DNA from: an uncultured virus (IMG/VR IMGVR_UViG_3300037087_000281)
Lineage: Duplodnaviria; Heunggongvirae; Uroviricota; Caudoviricetes
DNA length: 64,000 nucleotides
Reading direction: 5' to 3' (one strand)
Virus record (IMG/VR): IMGVR_UViG_3300037087_000281
The notes beneath the pieces are model-generated. The model ran no database searches, had not been told where the DNA came from, and saw only the letters and a list, made by a program, of their open reading frames with translations. How positions within the stretch are numbered: the stretch's first letter is position 1; every line of letters begins with the position of its first letter. Both the position numbers and the translations under genes were made by a program. This document shows, piece after piece, positions 18,801 through 28,284 of this stretch.

Positions 18801-21476
18801 CAAGCCGTCACGGATGCTACTGCTAGAATCGCGGCGATTACCGCGACCGGTCAAGCCACGTTGGCGCAAATGCTCGCGGCGCAGCAAGTGTTGTTCAACG
18901 CACAGAATGCCCAGGCGCAACAGAATGATCCATTGGCAGCAGCCTTAGGTTTATTTAATCTGCCGACGCTGGACGTTTTACAGCAGAACATGACTACGGC
19001 TACGGAGAAGTTGGGGGCGTTGATTTCCGCTGGCGGAGCTACTCTTTCTCAGATGGTCGTAGCTCAAAAGGCAAAGTTCGATGCGGCAAATGCCTTAGGG
19101 CAGGCACAAGATCCTCTACGAGATGTATTAAAGTTATTCGGTTTGCCGTCCATTCAGGAATTGCAGCAAGCATCTTCCACCGCCCAAACGGAATTGGCTA
19201 CTTTGATCGCCGCTGGCGGAGCATCTCTGATTCAATTAGTCCAAGCGCAGCAAAAAGCATTCGACGCCGCCGACGTGGCGGCTCAAAACTCTGACCCGCT
19301 TCGTGGAGCCTTGAAACTTCTCGGACTATCGTCCATTCAAGAGCTTCAGCAAAACATGAACGCTGCCGTCACGGAGGCTGCCGCCGTGGTAGCATCAGGG
19401 CAGGCTTCTTTGCTCCAAAAGTTACAAGCGCAGCAAAAGGCGTTCGACGCCGCGAACGCGGTTAGTCAAAATACCGACCCCACCGCTGGAGCTTTGAAGT
19501 TTTTAGGAATTCCTTCACAGCAGGAGTTGAATCAAGCGGTCGATCAGGTGACGAAGGCGTATCAAGCTATCTCCGACGCGGGAAACGCGGCCACCCTCCA
19601 AGGCCAGCAAGCATGGCAGAAAATGATTGAGGCGCAGATAGCTGCGGGTGGAACCTTGACCGCCGCCGTGGCTGCTCAGTACGCCAACATCGCCGCGACG
19701 ATGAAGACGCAGGCGCAGAAGATGGTCGAGTTCGCCACTCAGATCTCGAACGACTTTCAGACCGCGTTTGATAGTCTGAGCACGATGATCGGCAAGAACC
19801 TGGTGGAGTGGGGAAACTGGTGCCAGGACGTGGTTACCATCGGGAAGCAGCTAGCTGAGAACTTGCTCTCGACATTCATCAAGGGTTTCTTTCAACCTCT
19901 CGCGGACCAGATCAAGTCCGCCGCCGCAGATATCTCCACATCTCTGGGACAGGATTTGGGGATGTTCGGGAGTAGTTCCAGTTCTGGCGGGGTCACCGGC
20001 CAAGTCATTAACGGTGCCACGACTCGCATGGGGAATCAGGTTGGGGGAGACACCGGGTCGGGAGTGGATACGAGCGGCGTTACCTCCGGAGTTGGCACTT
20101 CTACGTCGGGTGCCCTCAGCGCGGTGCCCATCGTTGGAGTCGCCGTCGCGATAGCCAGCGCCATAACCCAAGCGATCCAGAACATGCACGAAGAGGCGAC
20201 TCTTTCGCTGATCGAGGAGTCCACTCGCTATCTGAATATCGGATTGGTCACGCAGGGGGATTCCCTGCTCAACGACTCCCATATCATCCGCAACGCACTG
20301 ACCGACATCACGAAGGACGGCGTGGGATTCGGAGACGTAGTAAGCCTCCTGGAGCAGTTGACGGATGTGAAGGATTCCCCGACAGAGATTCGGGATTATC
20401 TTTACAACGCCATCGGACCGATGATCAGACTGATAACCATGAAGGTCACCGGCACCGACTACGGAAGTGTCGGTGCTCCTGTAGTGGGACCCAACGTCGT
20501 CACATCAACACCGACTCCGACCCCGACCACGACCACGACCCCGACCCCGATTCCAACCACGACTCCAACCACCACTCCAACCACCACTCCAACTACGACC
20601 CCGTTGACTGCTCAAGCATCGACTCCCGCTGCTACTTCGACAACCACAGGCACGCTACAATTTTTGGATACGGTACCAACGCCGACTCCGCCCTCGACTC
20701 CGACGATAAACGGCTCGACATTAACGCCCGCGCCCGGATATCAAGTAGACCCCAATGCCCCTGCTACGTCGTCGGCCGTTCCAGCCGGGGTACTGCCGTC
20801 TTGGGTTCCCACCAACATTCCATCCGTTACTCAAGCATCAGGAGCCGTTCTCGCTTCCGCCCAAACAGCAACGACTTCCCCCAGCCAAAAAGTTAACCCC
20901 GACGGCAGCATAGTATACATCGATGCCGACGGAAACGTCACGGGGGGAGTGACTGCGGCGGGAGTGACGTGGTCATATTCACTTGAGTCGGCTACCCCAA
21001 ATAGTGGAGTAGGCTCGCCCATTGCCGACTCCACGACGACGATCCTCGCCGCGATGAACGCCGCTGGCATGCTTGCATCTCAGGCCGATGCTGCCACCTC
21101 TCAGTTGAGTGACCTCTCCAGCACGGTTGCGGCCGCAGGGTCATATCTGAAGGGAGATTCTTTACTGCCGACGGCTGCTGCCTTGGATACGTCTTTGGCG
21201 GCGACAGCGGCGGGGGGCGAGTACACCAGCGGGTCTCTACTGCCGGCGCCTGCGGCGTCTGCATCGTCTCCAGGTACGGCAGCAGCGGGATTTCTGCGGG
21301 GAGATTTATTAGCTGGCCAGGCTGCCTCTCCATCTTGGAGTTCTCCGACTCCGGCGGTTTACGCTCCAAACTCCTCCAACTCTGCCCCCGTGACCAACAT
21401 CACAGTGTCGAACAACACCTTCACTAGTCGGGCAGATATGGACTACTTACTGAACGTCGTTCAAAATCAACTCTAA
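15891..21476 (+). CDS. Tape measure protein (1861 aa)
   Basis: LAELLVKIGAD start; Ala-rich helical; follows chaperones; 61-aa internal repeats; Thr/Pro-rich C-terminal region. Confidence 0.88.
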   Translation: MEGSGSTPLAELLVKIGADISDYTSGINEVISKTEEAGSSLSSLGEGMSAALTVPLTALGAAALDASIEIQQGFREIIVSTGAVGDSLAGLKESFSTVFAGVEESATEVGGAISTLAKLLGLAGEPLEDLSQQFLELAHITGQEVVPMVEQAARAFNAWKIAADDQGASLDFLFNVYQKTNASVTDLSSSLMQFGPQLRGLGLDFEQAAALIGTLEKAGVPATAAMTGLRTGLKDLRAQGIDPTVNGFAQLITYIKSATTEIEGQNRAMELFGSRGYLAIFDAIKSGALDLNAMTAAMKENASTIEETAETVKTQGDRLTEAWHNVMLAVQPIGDVMKGAMADLLNTFGPPIISAITAMADGFQSLDPLIQKIVIGLGVLVAAAGPAILIFSKLGGAAVVSALTATATAVYNVGYAVANGLEGALTAGEAAMLAFAQAALVVGAAFVVFKEIGNIVDSIKDLGKAFTDNLPGVSSFFSSLVDGAEGIGSILVGALTNASKAVTAAVPMLFTGVSGIAFSDLLPAGWKKGLDDWYAGTKSIGQAWSDTWSEIKSHPLDFLSGPLGMLDEALRSIKDDIERIGGHYTSMTAATDNLLKSRLPSAPNMTGLGLNPDGSAKKPADQAAGESTDDYTKRKAAEAAASGMAAAQAAAKALDTALSELGAEPPKIEKLAEAMDLVTVSFLKGKVSADQFGEAIGGSLQKQIDALNKYEAKLPSGATYDPAQMEAFRSRLSDIDKLFETGQIGIDEYDSELRKLQDDYGKATGTSVQIALTNLGIPTLEELTSKATIAKHNADIVIADIGDHVGLQWLAEQKAFTAAQNLATGGGDARQTALKLLGIPSIEVLKNAADMALDEAEAVVESEASTIGEKFAAQQSLFTKTEAAGQSADPLLFAMKLLGLPDLPTLQNNVDKAQAAVDALMLSGQGTLLAKMTAAQNLFLAQEAQAQAQDPLAAALKMMGVPYKSPVELQQAVTDATARIAAITATGQATLAQMLAAQQVLFNAQNAQAQQNDPLAAALGLFNLPTLDVLQQNMTTATEKLGALISAGGATLSQMVVAQKAKFDAANALGQAQDPLRDVLKLFGLPSIQELQQASSTAQTELATLIAAGGASLIQLVQAQQKAFDAADVAAQNSDPLRGALKLLGLSSIQELQQNMNAAVTEAAAVVASGQASLLQKLQAQQKAFDAANAVSQNTDPTAGALKFLGIPSQQELNQAVDQVTKAYQAISDAGNAATLQGQQAWQKMIEAQIAAGGTLTAAVAAQYANIAATMKTQAQKMVEFATQISNDFQTAFDSLSTMIGKNLVEWGNWCQDVVTIGKQLAENLLSTFIKGFFQPLADQIKSAAADISTSLGQDLGMFGSSSSSGGVTGQVINGATTRMGNQVGGDTGSGVDTSGVTSGVGTSTSGALSAVPIVGVAVAIASAITQAIQNMHEEATLSLIEESTRYLNIGLVTQGDSLLNDSHIIRNALTDITKDGVGFGDVVSLLEQLTDVKDSPTEIRDYLYNAIGPMIRLITMKVTGTDYGSVGAPVVGPNVVTSTPTPTPTTTTTPTPIPTTTPTTTPTTTPTTTPLTAQASTPAATSTTTGTLQFLDTVPTPTPPSTPTINGSTLTPAPGYQVDPNAPATSSAVPAGVLPSWVPTNIPSVTQASGAVLASAQTATTSPSQKVNPDGSIVYIDADGNVTGGVTAAGVTWSYSLESATPNSGVGSPIADSTTTILAAMNAAGMLASQADAATSQLSDLSSTVAAAGSYLKGDSLLPTAAALDTSLAATAAGGEYTSGSLLPAPAASASSPGTAAAGFLRGDLLAGQAASPSWSSPTPAVYAPNSSNSAPVTNITVSNNTFTSRADMDYLLNVVQNQL
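18213..19620 (+). repeat. About eight 61-aa (183-nt) repeats in tape measure
   Basis: LFNLPT/LFGLPS/LLGLSS/FLGIPS units start at 18951, 19134, 19317, 19500, with four weaker copies upstream. Confidence 0.8.
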
Positions 21477-21489
21477 AGGACCGCACGAA

Positions 21490-21912
21490 ATGGCAGACTT
21501 CAACTATCAGAAAACGCTGGAGGACATCGGCAACAAGTTAGTGGACCTGACCAGCGACATAATCAAGGTGGCTCTATGCACCGCCGCTTACACCGCCGTG
21601 CAGGCGACCGATCACACCCTTGCGGACATACCAAGCAGTGCGATAGTAGCGACCGCCACTCTCAGTGGTAAGAGCTTCACCGGTGCGGTCTTCGACGCGG
21701 ATGACGTGACCTTCGCGGCACCTCCATCCGGCCACACGGTGACGCAGGCTGTGATCTATCAGTCGGACGGAGCCAGTCCGGAAGGCACGCTGTTGATCCG
21801 CAAGATCTCTGGAGATTCTTACGCTGGGTTCCCATTCGTCACTAGCGGCTCAGACATTCCATTGATTTGGCCGAACGATGCCAACAAGATCTTCAGCTTC
21901 GTAAATGCGTAA
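21490..21912 (+). CDS. Tail-associated virion protein
   Basis: IKVALCTAAYT...TLSGKS...FDADDVTF pattern; follows tape measure. Confidence 0.6.
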   Translation: MADFNYQKTLEDIGNKLVDLTSDIIKVALCTAAYTAVQATDHTLADIPSSAIVATATLSGKSFTGAVFDADDVTFAAPPSGHTVTQAVIYQSDGASPEGTLLIRKISGDSYAGFPFVTSGSDIPLIWPNDANKIFSFVNA

Positions 21913-21947
21913 GGACGGAATCCACCGACAAACAGTGACCCCAGCAT

Positions 21948-24062
21948 ATGCCTATACCTAATCTTGTCCAAGCTGCCAGCTCTTCGAGTTCGCAATCGCA
22001 AGCATTCGCGTCACCCGTAGCTGCCGGTAATCTTCTGCTCGTGGGAATAGGGTATGAAGGAGTTGCATCCTCAGTAGTGATTTCCGACACGCAAGGAGGT
22101 TTGTGGACTCAAGCGGGATCTACCAGTCCGACGGTCGGTGGAAACTACTGTCAGTTGTGGTACAGAATTGCTGCCACCAGCGGGCCGCTTACGGTGTCTT
22201 GGTCAGCATCCGGCGGCCTGTCTTATCAATGCACGGCGGTTGCCGAGTTTTCGGGATTAAACGGAGTCATCGACTCTAGCGATCAGGCTGCGGGAACGGT
22301 TCCCACGATCACCGCCTCCGCCACAGATGCTCTTGTCGTCACTCTGGTGGGCATGTATAGGAGTGCTGATTCCATCACGGTCGGCGGTTCTACGCAGGTG
22401 GCCACGCAGGCGAACGGTCACGATGCTATCGGCGTTGCCTGGGAAACTCATTCTGCACCTGGATCATATACTCCGGCAGTTACTGTTGTAGTGGACCCTT
22501 CAAACGCAGTTTTCGTAGTGGGTGCGTTTCTGTCCGGCGTACCAATCCTTCCTATCACGGGAACCGGGGGAACAATCAACGTCGTAGGGGGAGCCAGCGG
22601 GAAGGTAATCCGTGCCGTCCTAGGAGTGCTCGGGGGCTTCATTAAAGCCGTCGGAGGAACAACCGGGGCGATACTGATAACCGGCCCCCGCTTGCTGACG
22701 GTATTCATTGACAACACCGACCGTACGGAGTTCGTGAAATGTGACGACGGCAGCGGCGGGAACGGCGTGCAGCGGACCATGCAGATCGGGGGCGGCAGCA
22801 AGGCCGCGGTCTCCTTCACGCTGACCCAGAAGGGCACCCCGTACCGCCCGGAGCAAGGTCAGGAAGTGGTGATCTGGCACCGCGACGGGTACCGCTGGTT
22901 CGCCGGCGTCGTGGACAACACGAGCGAGTACGACTACACCGGTAGCGCCGCCCGCAACGAGATCACCGTGAATTGCGTTGACTACGGGGTGCTCTGCGAC
23001 CGGGTGATCGTTGGCAAAGAGTACCAGGCCTTCGCGGGTAACCTGGCGGCCATCCTGTTCGGCCATATCTGCACCGATTACTTGACGCCGCGTTTCGGGA
23101 TCAGCTTCGTTTGGGAGTGGGACCCGATGGTGGCTCTCGGGGATCAGGTCTACAACTGGATAACGGCTACGGACGTTCTCAACGGCATCTGCACGGCGAG
23201 CGGCGCGGACTGGCGCATCGACTTCAACAAGGTGTTGCATCTCTTCCCGGCAGAGACGGGATACTTGACGGCTCCATTCTCCATCCAGCAAAACGATGGG
23301 AACTGGATCGATATGACGGTGAGCAACGACTCCAGCAAGTACCGCAACCGCGTCGGCGTCAGGAACAACGCCGCCGTCAACCCGCTCTGGACGGACACTT
23401 TTCACGGGGACGGGTATACGCGCTTCTTCATTACCATGTCTCCGTTGAACTCTCGCCCCATGGTTCGGGTTAATGGGGTCCCAGCCGTCGTGATCGACGT
23501 TGCAGATTTTGGATTAAAACCATACGACTTCGAATGGTTAGCTCCAGCAACTGTCGTTCAAAATTTCTCCCATTCAGTTTTAGGTTCCGGCGATGTTTTG
23601 GAAGTCGAGTACCCGACGCCCCTCTCCTACATAGCCTGGGCGCAGGACGATGCGGAGATCGCTGCCAACGGATTGTTTGAGGGGATAGTAGACGTAAAGG
23701 ACGTGTCCAACATAGACACGCTTCAGGCAATCGCAGACGGGCTGCTGTTGCGCATGAAGGTTCGTCCCGTGACCGTGGTGATCCAGACGGACAGGGACGG
23801 GTTGGAACCCGGCATGGGCTTGGTGGTCAACACCGCCCGCCCGCTGGCAAACGACAACATGATGGTGACTCAGGTTAACAGCAACGAGATTGGCCGCAAG
23901 TTCTTCCGGCATCAGGTGACCGCCATCAATTCGGCCAACCAGGCAACTTCCAACGAAGCGGCGTTTTTACAGCGAGTGATTTCCTCTATCGCTCAGCCGA
24001 AGGACCGCGTGCGTCAAAACATAGTTTTTTATCTACAAAGACGGGTAATGACGGAGGGGTGA
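21948..24062 (+). CDS. Tail tip/hub-like protein with beta-rich N-terminal domain
   Basis: 704 aa; position; hub-like C-terminal portion (WFAGVV, DWRID, GLEPG). Confidence 0.6.
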   Translation: MPIPNLVQAASSSSSQSQAFASPVAAGNLLLVGIGYEGVASSVVISDTQGGLWTQAGSTSPTVGGNYCQLWYRIAATSGPLTVSWSASGGLSYQCTAVAEFSGLNGVIDSSDQAAGTVPTITASATDALVVTLVGMYRSADSITVGGSTQVATQANGHDAIGVAWETHSAPGSYTPAVTVVVDPSNAVFVVGAFLSGVPILPITGTGGTINVVGGASGKVIRAVLGVLGGFIKAVGGTTGAILITGPRLLTVFIDNTDRTEFVKCDDGSGGNGVQRTMQIGGGSKAAVSFTLTQKGTPYRPEQGQEVVIWHRDGYRWFAGVVDNTSEYDYTGSAARNEITVNCVDYGVLCDRVIVGKEYQAFAGNLAAILFGHICTDYLTPRFGISFVWEWDPMVALGDQVYNWITATDVLNGICTASGADWRIDFNKVLHLFPAETGYLTAPFSIQQNDGNWIDMTVSNDSSKYRNRVGVRNNAAVNPLWTDTFHGDGYTRFFITMSPLNSRPMVRVNGVPAVVIDVADFGLKPYDFEWLAPATVVQNFSHSVLGSGDVLEVEYPTPLSYIAWAQDDAEIAANGLFEGIVDVKDVSNIDTLQAIADGLLLRMKVRPVTVVIQTDRDGLEPGMGLVVNTARPLANDNMMVTQVNSNEIGRKFFRHQVTAINSANQATSNEAAFLQRVISSIAQPKDRVRQNIVFYLQRRVMTEG

Positions 24063-24066
24063 TATC

Positions 24067-24402
24067 ATGATGACCATATTTCCAGGAGTGCAGATATCAC
24101 CTTGTAACGGTTATCTGGCGCAGTGCTCGTTGTACGTGGTAGCCGTCAGTGGTGGGTGCCCACCAATAACCCCTCCCTCAACAGATGTAGTGGAGATAGA
24201 CGTGCTGATGAACGGCGTGAGTATTTTCGGAGAACTGCCGAAGATGACCTGGGCGGGCGGCACCACCGAGGTGCAGTACTTCGCTGGGTTTGTCGCGTCG
24301 CCGTTTGCCGTGCAGAAGGGCGATCTGTTTTCCGTGATCTTGCTTACGGATTTCGAGTGGACGGACAGTGGGATTCTAGGTTTGGAACTACTAGTGATAT
24401 AG
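24067..24402 (+). CDS. Small tail-associated protein
   Basis: Last gene on + strand; EIDVLMNGVSIF...VQKGDLF. Confidence 0.5.
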   Translation: MMTIFPGVQISPCNGYLAQCSLYVVAVSGGCPPITPPSTDVVEIDVLMNGVSIFGELPKMTWAGGTTEVQYFAGFVASPFAVQKGDLFSVILLTDFEWTDSGILGLELLVI

Positions 24403-24405
24403 GAC

Positions 24406-25116
24406 TCATGGTCGCAAACTTTGGTAGAAGGACCAGTCTGCGCCGAGGCGGGATTTCACATCGCCTTCCCATCGCGTGAACTCTGCTGCCCCGAACACTT
24501 TGGGGGAGTTGTTTCTCAGGTGGCTGATGCCTGTGTACCAGTCGGGAGACATGAATGCGGCTTTGTCGAGCCGTCCTGGCCCGCACACAAACGGGGTAGA
24601 TGCACCCACCTGGAGGGCGGGGAACGTAGACCGCGCCCAATAGTCCCGTGAATACATCAACGTCGCGGAGTAGAGGTAGCGGCCCGGCCCTCGGTAGCGA
24701 TACTGAAAAGAGTTTCCACTCGGGAGGTCATAAAAGATCGGAGCCTCTACCCCACAGATTTCGGCGTTGGCATCCCCCATGGCTGCTACTTGAAGTGACA
24801 ATCGTTCTGACTCGTACCAATCATCATCGTCCCAATGCGCGATTAGATCGCCTCGTGAATGCTTCACGCACCAGTTGCGCTTCGCTCCTAGGGTTTTGAA
24901 CCTAGAGTTTGGAACATATCGGAGGATGGAAACCTTATCGTTGTCGTCGGATGAGGCGGTTGCCCAAGATACCAAGGAATCGAACCTAGTTCCGTCATCT
25001 AAGATCAACAGTTCTTTATTTGGGTGCGTTTGCCGCAAGAAGTACTCTACCGCCTTCTTCATGAACTCGGGGCGGTCCCGGGTGGGCATGATGCAGCTAA
25101 CTAGCGGAAGACTCAT
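24406..25116 (-). CDS. Glycosyltransferase family 2
   Basis: PLVSCIMPTRDR...LILDDG...LGAKRN...AHWDDDDWY. Confidence 0.88.
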   Translation of the reverse strand: MSLPLVSCIMPTRDRPEFMKKAVEYFLRQTHPNKELLILDDGTRFDSLVSWATASSDDNDKVSILRYVPNSRFKTLGAKRNWCVKHSRGDLIAHWDDDDWYESERLSLQVAAMGDANAEICGVEAPIFYDLPSGNSFQYRYRGPGRYLYSATLMYSRDYWARSTFPALQVGASTPFVCGPGRLDKAAFMSPDWYTGISHLRNNSPKVFGAAEFTRWEGDVKSRLGADWSFYQSLRP

Positions 25117-25361
25117 GCTGATTCTCCTTTAACCACATTCAAAACTTCTTCAGGGTTCCCGCACCACTTGACGGATACGATGGGGGCACCGATCTCTATC
25201 AGGGCCTTCAACCTGGCGTGTGCCGCGCCGGAGAAACGGTTGCCAATGTCGGCAATGTCCACGTACCATAGCAGATCCTGGCTCTTCGCTTTCCGCGCTC
25301 CGCGTCCGTAGCGTTGCAGCGCGTTGTTTCTTGACGGAAGCCCGGTCGCGTCAACTATCAT
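25113..25361 (-). pseudogene. Displaced duplicate of the SF2 helicase 3' end
   Basis: GLPSRNNALQRYGRG...GNRF...RLKAL aligns with the C-terminus of 26199-27683. Confidence 0.75.
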
Positions 25362-26221
25362 CGCTTATTCTTTTTTCTCCAAATAGCCCAACGTTTTTTC
25401 CCAGCTTCACTTACTTTTCTACGAGTTTCTTTTGAGTGCTTGTACCCTAATGCGTTATGATTTCCTTGCCGGGCTAGACTAAGTTTTTCTTTGACTTCTT
25501 TGGTTCGTACTTTACCTTTATTTGCTTTGGAAATTTTCTCCCTAGTTTCGACAGAAAAGGTTCTCCCTCGTAGGGCATCGCTAAGCTTTTGACAGGTCTC
25601 AGGAGAACGTATGCGCCCCACCGCAGCATCGCGCATACGTTTTCTAGCTTCCTCTGAAGGATTGTGGCGCCCGAGGTGTGCTTCCCTTAATCTCTTTTTC
25701 ATTTCCGGAGTCGCCATAGTTTTGCGAATTTTTTCAGAAGTTTCAGGAGACCGTTTTCTTCCGAGATTCTTGCCTTTATTTCCCAGGCTTATTTTTTGAC
25801 GAGTTTCGGGGGAATGTTTTCTTCCTTTCTGTGCGGCACTAAGTTTGCTTCGAAAGGAAGTCGTTACAATGGCACGTACCCCTGCACTTATTTTCTTGCG
25901 GTCCTCTTCAGAGAATTTGTAGCCGACTGCTCCCTCTCCCCCTTCTGTCAAGTTATAACCGTTAGGAGTCATAGAGTTCATCAAGAAAATCCATATCTTT
26001 TCCATTGTGCTAAGTTGTGAGTTTGGCGCCTTCGCAAGAACGGAGAGAGTAAAACCATCTTGGGTGTATTTTCGGAGAGCATTAGCAAACAGTCGATTTT
26101 TGCTTTTGGAGTACTTTGCATCGTAAACATGCCCTCGCCAGCGCTTGGCTAACGGCCCAGTGGTTTTTCCTACATAGCACTTTCCGTTGATTTTGTTTTC
26201 AGCTAGGTATATCAGGCCCAT
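25358..26221 (-). CDS. GIY-YIG homing endonuclease with NUMOD3 repeats
   Basis: GLIY...CYVGKT; GYNLTEGGEG; repeated (H/R)SPETxxKIS; AT-rich relative to flanks. Confidence 0.9.
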   Translation of the reverse strand: MGLIYLAENKINGKCYVGKTTGPLAKRWRGHVYDAKYSKSKNRLFANALRKYTQDGFTLSVLAKAPNSQLSTMEKIWIFLMNSMTPNGYNLTEGGEGAVGYKFSEEDRKKISAGVRAIVTTSFRSKLSAAQKGRKHSPETRQKISLGNKGKNLGRKRSPETSEKIRKTMATPEMKKRLREAHLGRHNPSEEARKRMRDAAVGRIRSPETCQKLSDALRGRTFSVETREKISKANKGKVRTKEVKEKLSLARQGNHNALGYKHSKETRRKVSEAGKKRWAIWRKKNKR

Positions 26222-27683
26222 TGATTTCCTCCATAGCTTTCAGCACCGCTTTCGCATCATTTTTCCACTGTTCATGAATGATTGGGCTTCCAAGTTCTTG
26301 CAGTGCTTTTAAGCGGCTACGTCCGGCGGCCTCAAAACGATTTCCGACATCAAAGATATCAACGTAAAACAAGACTTTTTCTTTCTGATTTTTGCGAACT
26401 CCTCTTCCGTAACGTTGGATAGCATTATTTCGGGAGGGTAAACCGCAGCAATCAAGAATAAGATTTACAGATTGTATATCCACTCCTTTGGCGAATACCT
26501 TCGACGCCAAAATCAAGTCTAACTCCCCGGCGTCCATCTCCCGCATAGCCTCCAGCCTGGCGGCAGGTTTGATTTCACCGCTGAGAGATCGGTGTTTTAC
26601 GTCGGAGAACCTATTATCCAGCATCCGCAGGTGGACTTTCCAATCCACCAGCACCACGATCTTCCGTCCGCACCTCAGCCCCTCCCGCACGATCCCCTCA
26701 ACACAATCGTTCCTCGACTTGTTTAGGCAGACGCGTCTCCTGTACTCGGCTGCCTGACTCCCCGCCTTGATCCAGACCTTCTTCCCGTCCACCAGCGTTG
26801 GATATGCAGGAGCCATGCCCGTCAGCGGGTCGTAGAACTCCACCCGGTAGATCACCCCGTCGCTGAGATAACCGTCCTCGACTCCCTGAGAGATCGGGTA
26901 CTCAAAAACGACCGGCCCACACATCGCAACTGCTGGCAAGTGTACGTGAGGCTTCTCTACCTCCAACGTTGCAGTCAGGCCAAAGACGGCTTTGGCGGCG
27001 ATCTGCTGGATGACGTCCGCATTCCTTTTGTTAATCGCGACATGCACTTCGTCTACGATGACTACTTCCAGCGTGCGAAACCATTTTCGAAAGACGCTGG
27101 TGTGCCGCCGCTTGTGGAGGGTTTGAATCGTCGCGCAGGTGACGCGCTGAAGTTCGAACCTTCCGCTGCCGACGATTCCTACCTCTTCTCCGAGATCCTT
27201 CGCAAGCGCAGCACGGGACTGCGACAGTAACGCCAACTCATCGCAAACGAACAAAGCCTGCCCTTGCAGACGGGCGAAGAATGCCGCTGCTAGCGCCGTC
27301 TTTCCTGTGCCGGTTCCACTCAGGATCAGCCCTCCACAAGTAGATGCGGAGATCATGGCGACCAAGGCGTTCTCTTGATACGGGCGGAGCTGGCGTATGG
27401 AGGTAACGTCTTTGAACGCGGGAGACCTCCGCTCGTCAGTGAGGATTAGTTGGAACTTCTTCCCCAGCGTTTCTTGTTGCTCCAGAAATAGCCCCGTGGC
27501 CACGCGACCGCGCTGGAGCATATTTTGGAATCCGTCCCAGCTCCCGCAACGATACGCCTCGGAGAACTGTGCTCCTGGAACGGAATACCGGAAAAACTTC
27601 TTCAAACGCACCTGAACGTCGGGGTCGCAATCAAAAACAGCCCAGCGGTTGCCGAGCTGGACCTTCACCGTGGGGGGTTTCAT
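26199..27683 (-). CDS. Superfamily 2 DNA helicase (UvsW-like)
   Basis: LRPYQ, GTGTGKT, DEVH, TAT, QRYGRGVR motifs. Confidence 0.9.
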   Translation of the reverse strand: MKPPTVKVQLGNRWAVFDCDPDVQVRLKKFFRYSVPGAQFSEAYRCGSWDGFQNMLQRGRVATGLFLEQQETLGKKFQLILTDERRSPAFKDVTSIRQLRPYQENALVAMISASTCGGLILSGTGTGKTALAAAFFARLQGQALFVCDELALLSQSRAALAKDLGEEVGIVGSGRFELQRVTCATIQTLHKRRHTSVFRKWFRTLEVVIVDEVHVAINKRNADVIQQIAAKAVFGLTATLEVEKPHVHLPAVAMCGPVVFEYPISQGVEDGYLSDGVIYRVEFYDPLTGMAPAYPTLVDGKKVWIKAGSQAAEYRRRVCLNKSRNDCVEGIVREGLRCGRKIVVLVDWKVHLRMLDNRFSDVKHRSLSGEIKPAARLEAMREMDAGELDLILASKVFAKGVDIQSVNLILDCCGLPSRNNAIQRYGRGVRKNQKEKVLFYVDIFDVGNRFEAAGRSRLKALQELGSPIIHEQWKNDAKAVLKAMEEINGPDIPS

Positions 27684-27694
27684 CTGGGAGGTGA

Positions 27695-27790
27695 TTTAAG
27701 CGCCTCTGGGGGTCCGGGGGGTATAAACCCTTGGGGGAGGTCCCTCCGACGCGTCCTAGGGGCTAAAAACGACCAAGAAAACGATCCTAG
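27695..27790 (+). repeat. Fixed-spacing dispersed element, copy 3
   Basis: Same blocks at +57, +79, +90. Confidence 0.75.
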
Positions 27791-28068
27791 GGGCTTCCGG
27801 GAAAGAGAAATTAGTCCGCCGACGCCCCGTTCGGGTCCTCCGGAGCAAGAGAAGACCCGAAACAGGACATCTGGGCAGCCGTCGGCAGCGGAGGGGGCGG
27901 AGAGCAAATCCTCCCCGATCTGGCCCGACGGAAGGCTGCGGGAGCAGGCATTCCACGATGCTACAGACATCGGACGGCTCGGACTCAACGCTCGTGTGCC
28001 GCCGAGCGGAGGTTTATGATTCGTTGGCTCTTTGGTCATAAACGCCGTCACCTGCTCCCTTGTTTTCA

Positions 28069-28272
28069 TTATACGGTCAGACCGCTCTCGCGGTAGCTCT
28101 CCTCCATCGCTTCTTCCCAGCCGAGGTTCTCGGCGTGCCGCAGCCAAGCGCCCTCGGCTTCTACCTCGGCGAGATGCTCCCGATGCTGGTCCAGCTGCTC
28201 GGCGGTTAGGAAGCCGTCTGGGACTCCTGCCAACAAGGCTTCCGCTTCATCTTGCGTGATGAGGTTGCTCAT
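28069..28272 (-). CDS. Small acidic hypothetical protein
   Basis: AAGGA upstream; 67 aa. Confidence 0.5.
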   Translation of the reverse strand: MSNLITQDEAEALLAGVPDGFLTAEQLDQHREHLAEVEAEGAWLRHAENLGWEEAMEESYRESGLTV

Positions 28273-28284
28273 GTTGAGCTGTCC

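Noticed and set aside
27680..28147. 155-aa minus-strand ORF
   Set aside because: Low-complexity translation overlapping the dispersed DNA element; coding status unsupported
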